Positions 60,541-64,000 of a stretch of 64,000 nucleotides of DNA are shown here, piece by piece. The stretch comes from Clostridia bacterium (GTDB taxonomy: Bacteria; Bacillota; Clostridia; TANB77; CAG-465). Under the pieces are notes generated by a model. The model did not search any database. It saw only the letters and a list, made by a program, of their open reading frames with translations, and had not been told where the DNA came from. The DNA is taken from contig JAZRUV010000008.1 in assembly GCA_045652705.1 (NCBI GenBank), positions 24,620-88,619 of the forward strand, written 5' to 3'. Position 1 is the stretch's first letter. Every line of letters begins with the position of its first letter. The position numbers were made by a program, and so were the translations under genes.

Positions 60541-63500
60541 ATGAAAGATAATATAAGCATTATATTTACTGCAATTATTGGTACATTTCTTATAGTACTA
60601 TTGCCATTATATAGCATATTAGATAGACAAGATAGCATGTCATATAATGTTGTTCTTACAGAGACTACAAAATTCGTAGATAATATAAGAAATAATGGTT
60701 TTGTGGATAAGGAAGCATATTACAATTATATATCTGCTTTAGCTAGTACTTCAAATACGTATAAAGTTACACTAGAGGCATATAGAAGAAAGCTAATACG
60801 CCAAACGGATGAATACGGTAATATTATTCCGGATCAATATGTAGAACAAATTGAATTATACAACACTAAAGATATCCTAGAGATATTAGAGGAGGAAAAT
60901 AAGCAAAATATAGACAATGCAAATATAAAAAATAATGTATACTTGTTTAACGAAAATGATGAAATATACGTCAAAGTATATAATACAAATATAACAGCTG
61001 GTAGTCTAATATATAATGTTATAGCGGGTGAATCAAATACTAAAATAATAAATGTAAGTTATGGTGGAATAGTAAATAGAGTTAATTGGGAATTATACGA
61101 TAGACTTCAATCAGAAACAAATCAAGTTCCGGAAGTTGTAATGTCAGTACCTGTTAATGGGGTAAATAATACAAACATAAAGAAATTAACAAAAAATGCA
61201 ATATTGGAAGATATAGACTGTTCAATAGAAAATTTAGACGAATATATTGGAGAAGTTAACATTCAAGAATTATGTGGTGACGAAATATATAGTCTAAGTG
61301 GAGAAGATTATACGTATTTGTATGATTTGGCTATAGAAGAGAACAGAACAATAAGAGTAGCATTAGAGTTAAGAAGATTTGATAGTATTAATACTGGAAG
61401 AAATAATGATGGTGAAGATATATACACTAAGATAGAGCAACTTGATAAATCGGATTTTGAAAATTCAAATAGTATTAGATCAAGTGTGGAATCATACATA
61501 ATAAATAATTTTATACGTCTTAACGGAATGTATGCAGACATTGATTTAAAATTAAGACAAGTTGGTGATTATTATGTCTTTGATATCATACTTACCAATG
61601 TAAGAATGTCAGAGCTTGATTATATTTCTAGTTTTGCCAGTATAACTATCTTACCAGGATTAGGTCAAGATAAAGATAATACGTTGTCGCTCGGTAATGA
61701 AACAGTAGAAATTGAATTAACAGATGCTACAGCGGTTAATGCGGTAACTATATCTATGCCACATATTTGGGATAAAATGATAAAAACAAAAAATCCAACA
61801 GATGCTAGAATATTAGATGGTACAGTTTATGCTAATGAAGATATAGCTTTCATTATATCTTATACAGGTATAAATAATCAAACAGATGAAGATATTATAG
61901 AGGCAATTAGGGAAAATCTAAAAATATATATAAATGAAGCTCAGTATTCAAATTTAGAACTGCTTACTGCAAAAGAATTGAATGACAATTATGGTATAAA
62001 TATAATGACTGATTCAGCAGGACATGTAATTGTAAAATTTAGATATACTGAAGCAAATAACAGTAGATATAACTATATAGAGTTATTAGATGGTTGGATA
62101 GCAACTAATATAGAAGATGTTGTAGACGCAGAACAAAATGAAGAATTATTATTATATGCTAATGGCTCGAGAAGTAGTGAATATGCAGTGTTGCTTGATG
62201 ATTTACCACCACTTGAACCTAGTATTGAACTTGAAGGGGTTGTTGGAGATAATGGATGGTTTACATCAAATGTAACGTTGAATTTGATCTCATCTACATC
62301 AGATACTGTAAGAAAGAGTATTGTGGTAGAGGATGATGATGGAAATAAAACAGTTATACAAAACGAACAACTTGGTGGAAGTGGCGTATATAAAAACACA
62401 GTATCTGTTGAAGGAGCAATTACTATAACAGAACAAGAAACAACAAAATTAAACCTTGAAACGGATGGAGTAAGTTATGCTATAGGCAGTGCGTATGATT
62501 ATGTAGGCAATAAGGTTCAAACTAGTAAAAAACAAATAAAAATAGATAAGACAAAACCTACTACACCTAAAATTGTATTATATGGTGATGAAGGTGAAAA
62601 CGGTTGGTATAAATCTAATGTTAAAATAGAAATAACTCCAGGAACTGATTATATAAGTGGAGTAGATAGGACTACATATACAATAGAAGGCGCAAATAAA
62701 TTAGGGGAGACAGAAGGAACTGCTTATACATTAACTAAAGAGGGGACTAGTACCGTAATAGCGACTACTTATGATAAAGCAGGTAATAAAACGGAAACTA
62801 AAGTAGATGTATATATAGATAAAACCATACCACCTGATGCAACAATTACTGTTATAGAAGGTAAGAAAAATAGCCCAGATAATGAATGGTATTGTTCTAA
62901 CGTTAAGTTAAAAATTAATGTAGATGCCACAGATTCAATATCTGGATTGGGAACATCTAGTTATAGAATAACAGGGAGTAGTGAAGTTCCTACAACAAAA
63001 TTTACCGGAGCAGAGAAGGAAATTATAATCGATACAAATGGTACTCATAATGTTACAGTATATACATATACTCAAGCCGGTAATTTTAAGGAAACAAAAT
63101 ATACAGTAAAGATAGATAAAGATGCGCCAAATGCACCAAGTGTGTCAATAAGTGGAACAAATGGGGAAAATGGTTGGCATACTTCTAATGTTGTAGTTAA
63201 TGTACAATCTAATGGAGACGTAGGAACATCTCAAGAAAAAATAATAACATATGAAATAACCAAAGATGGAATAACAGGAAATGAAATACAAATAGCTGGT
63301 GATGGAAAGATTAATTTGAATGAAGAAGGAGAATATTTACTAAAAATATATTCTAGGGATACTGCTTTAAATAAAGTTGTTGTGGAAAGAGCAGTAAAAA
63401 TAGACAAAACAAATCCTATTCCAGCAGATTTTGCAATAACAGGTAATACAGGTATAGATGATTGGTATATTTCTGACGTAAATATATCGTATACCGGCGG

Positions 63501-64000
63501 TATGGATAGTATAAGTGGTGTACAAAGTATTAATTTGTCTCATGACCAAATAACAGAAAATACAATTGGCACAAAAGTTACATTAACAACCAAAGATTTT
63601 GCGGGACATGAAGTAACAAAACAAGTTATTATAAAACTAGATAAATCTGTGCCGACAGCTCCAGTAATAAAATTCAATGTTGAGCCTAGTGGGGATGGAT
63701 TATTTGGGACACTGCTATATAATCAAGATGTGAGTGTAACAGTTATTCCAGGAAGAGATTATTTTATTGAAGGAATAGATAATTTATACAAAACAACTTT
63801 TGAGATTACAGCTGACAGTGGCAATGAAGTTATATTAGCTGAAACAGAGCAAACAAGCTTTGCTATAACACAAGAGGGAATAATTACAATTACTGCGAGG
63901 ACCTATGACAAAGCTGGAAATGTAACTAAAGCATCAAACGTAATTTGGATAAATAAATCTAAGCCGCAGACCCCTAAAATAATTACCATTAATGGAATAA
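60541..64000 (+). CDS. giant pilin-like/adhesin-like protein P6 (>1153 aa, 3' end outside the window)
   Basis: This ORF is absent from the ORF track because it has no stop codon in the window. I translated the frame starting at ATG 60541 by hand from 60541 to about 62640. I then spot-checked six later 60-nt segments at the repeat boundaries (62761-63960). No stop codon appeared in any of it. The N-terminus is MKDNISIIFTAIIGTFLIVLLPLYSIL. The C-terminal part consists of repeated Ig-like modules. Confidence 0.8.
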   Translation, partial: MKDNISIIFTAIIGTFLIVLLPLYSILDRQDSMSYNVVLTETTKFVDNIRNNGFVDKEAYYNYISALASTSNTYKVTLEAYRRKLIRQTDEYGNIIPDQYVEQIELYNTKDILEILEEENKQNIDNANIKNNVYLFNENDEIYVKVYNTNITAGSLIYNVIAGESNTKIINVSYGGIVNRVNWELYDRLQSETNQVPEVVMSVPVNGVNNTNIKKLTKNAILEDIDCSIENLDEYIGEVNIQELCGDEIYSLSGEDYTYLYDLAIEENRTIRVALELRRFDSINTGRNNDGEDIYTKIEQLDKSDFENSNSIRSSVESYIINNFIRLNGMYADIDLKLRQVGDYYVFDIILTNVRMSELDYISSFASITILPGLGQDKDNTLSLGNETVEIELTDATAVNAVTISMPHIWDKMIKTKNPTDARILDGTVYANEDIAFIISYTGINNQTDEDIIEAIRENLKIYINEAQYSNLELLTAKELNDNYGINIMTDSAGHVIVKFRYTEANNSRYNYIELLDGWIATNIEDVVDAEQNEELLLYANGSRSSEYAVLLDDLPPLEPSIELEGVVGDNGWFTSNVTLNLISSTSDTVRKSIVVEDDDGNKTVIQNEQLGGSGVYKNTVSVEGAITITEQETTKLNLETDGVSYAIGSAYDYVGNKVQTSKKQIKIDKTKPTTPKIVLYGDEGENGWYKSNVKIEITPGTDYISGVDRTTYTIEGANKLGETEGTAYTLTKEGTSTVIATTYDKAGNKTETKVDVYIDKTIPPDATITVIEGKKNSPDNEWYCSNVKLKINVDATDSISGLGTSSYRITGSSEVPTTKFTGAEKEIIIDTNGTHNVTVYTYTQAGNFKETKYTVKIDKDAPNAPSVSISGTNGENGWHTSNVVVNVQSNGDVGTSQEKIITYEITKDGITGNEIQIAGDGKINLNEEGEYLLKIYSRDTALNKVVVERAVKIDKTNPIPADFAITGNTGIDDWYISDVNISYTGGMDSISGVQSINLSHDQITENTIGTKVTLTTKDFAGHEVTKQVIIKLDKSVPTAPVIKFNVEPSGDGLFGTLLYNQDVSVTVIPGRDYFIEGIDNLYKTTFEITADSGNEVILAETEQTSFAITQEGIITITARTYDKAGNVTKASNVIWINKSKPQTPKIITINGI
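62200..64000 (+). repeat. tandem protein-level repeats of about 80-105 aa (NGWY...D-x-AGN...IDKT-x-P modules) within P6
   Basis: Module boundaries (I/L)(D/N)K(T/D/S)xP occur at 62542, 62815, 63112, 63400, 63637 and 63949. Each is followed by G(E/D)NGW(Y/H/F)xSNV-like strands and preceded by YDKAGN-like strands. Confidence 0.8.

Noticed and set aside
60541-64000. Minus-strand ORFs 61308-61541, 62073-62399 and 63367-63549.
   Set aside because: They are antisense to the long open reading frame whose translation shows ordered repeat modules. They have no RBS.
1-64000. Window-wide scan by eye for rRNA genes, CRISPR arrays, IS/transposase genes, prophage structural genes and obvious pseudogenes or frameshifts.
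   Set aside because: I recognised none. All long ORFs are intact, and the only RNA gene I can support is tRNA-Leu, plus one speculative ncRNA.

Overview
This window looks like a low-GC (about 30% by eye) chromosome segment from a spore-forming Firmicutes/Clostridia-like organism. The core backbone comprises divIVA-valS, yabG, rpsT and an S10-spc-alpha ribosomal superoperon running from rpsJ to rplQ (21.1-40.0 kb) with secY, adk, map, infA and rpoA but no L30 gene. It continues with tmcAL, an RNase HI-GNAT fusion, spoIIM, xerD, truA, tRNA-Leu(UAA) and a PBP5-type carboxypeptidase. At least 8 visibly GC-richer accessory islets interrupt this backbone, two of them inside the ribosomal superoperon. 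Almost every islet has its own near-consensus TGn-extended -10 promoter with a 17-nt spacer and its own hairpin terminator. I found no integrase, IS element, CRISPR array or rRNA gene.

Two multi-gene systems stand out.
(1) At 5.6-16.2 kb (minus strand) lies a seven-gene operon: TelA-like, PP2C-like, a proline-rich protein with a MIDAS-dead vWA domain, a 494-aa unknown, a MIDAS-intact vWA protein, a 1542-aa giant and a double zinc-ribbon protein. The giant carries tandem kinase-like modules and two zinc ribbons. I read this as an expanded TerY-P-type vWA/phosphatase/kinase triad coupled to TelA.
(2) From 49.8 kb past the window end (plus strand) lies an atypical Tad/type IVc-like filament locus. 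It encodes CpaB-like, two Walker-A-degenerate TadZ-like proteins, a membrane-anchored CpaF/TadA-like ATPase and a fused double-T2SSF platform. Six proteins follow that share a non-canonical pilin-like N-terminus. They include a 607-aa LamG-like protein and a >1150-aa protein with Ig-like repeats. No Flp-type pilin and no prepilin peptidase is visible in the window.

Other notable items:
- an (AG)13 tract inside a leader ORF upstream of a terminator and an orphan pilin-like gene, which could act as a phase switch
- a split, order-permuted HipA-like kinase with a HipS-like partner
- a tmk-like gene paired with a divergent ThyX-like gene
- an orphan promoter-to-terminator noncoding unit of about 380 nt

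All family calls rest on motif recognition by eye. No database search was possible.
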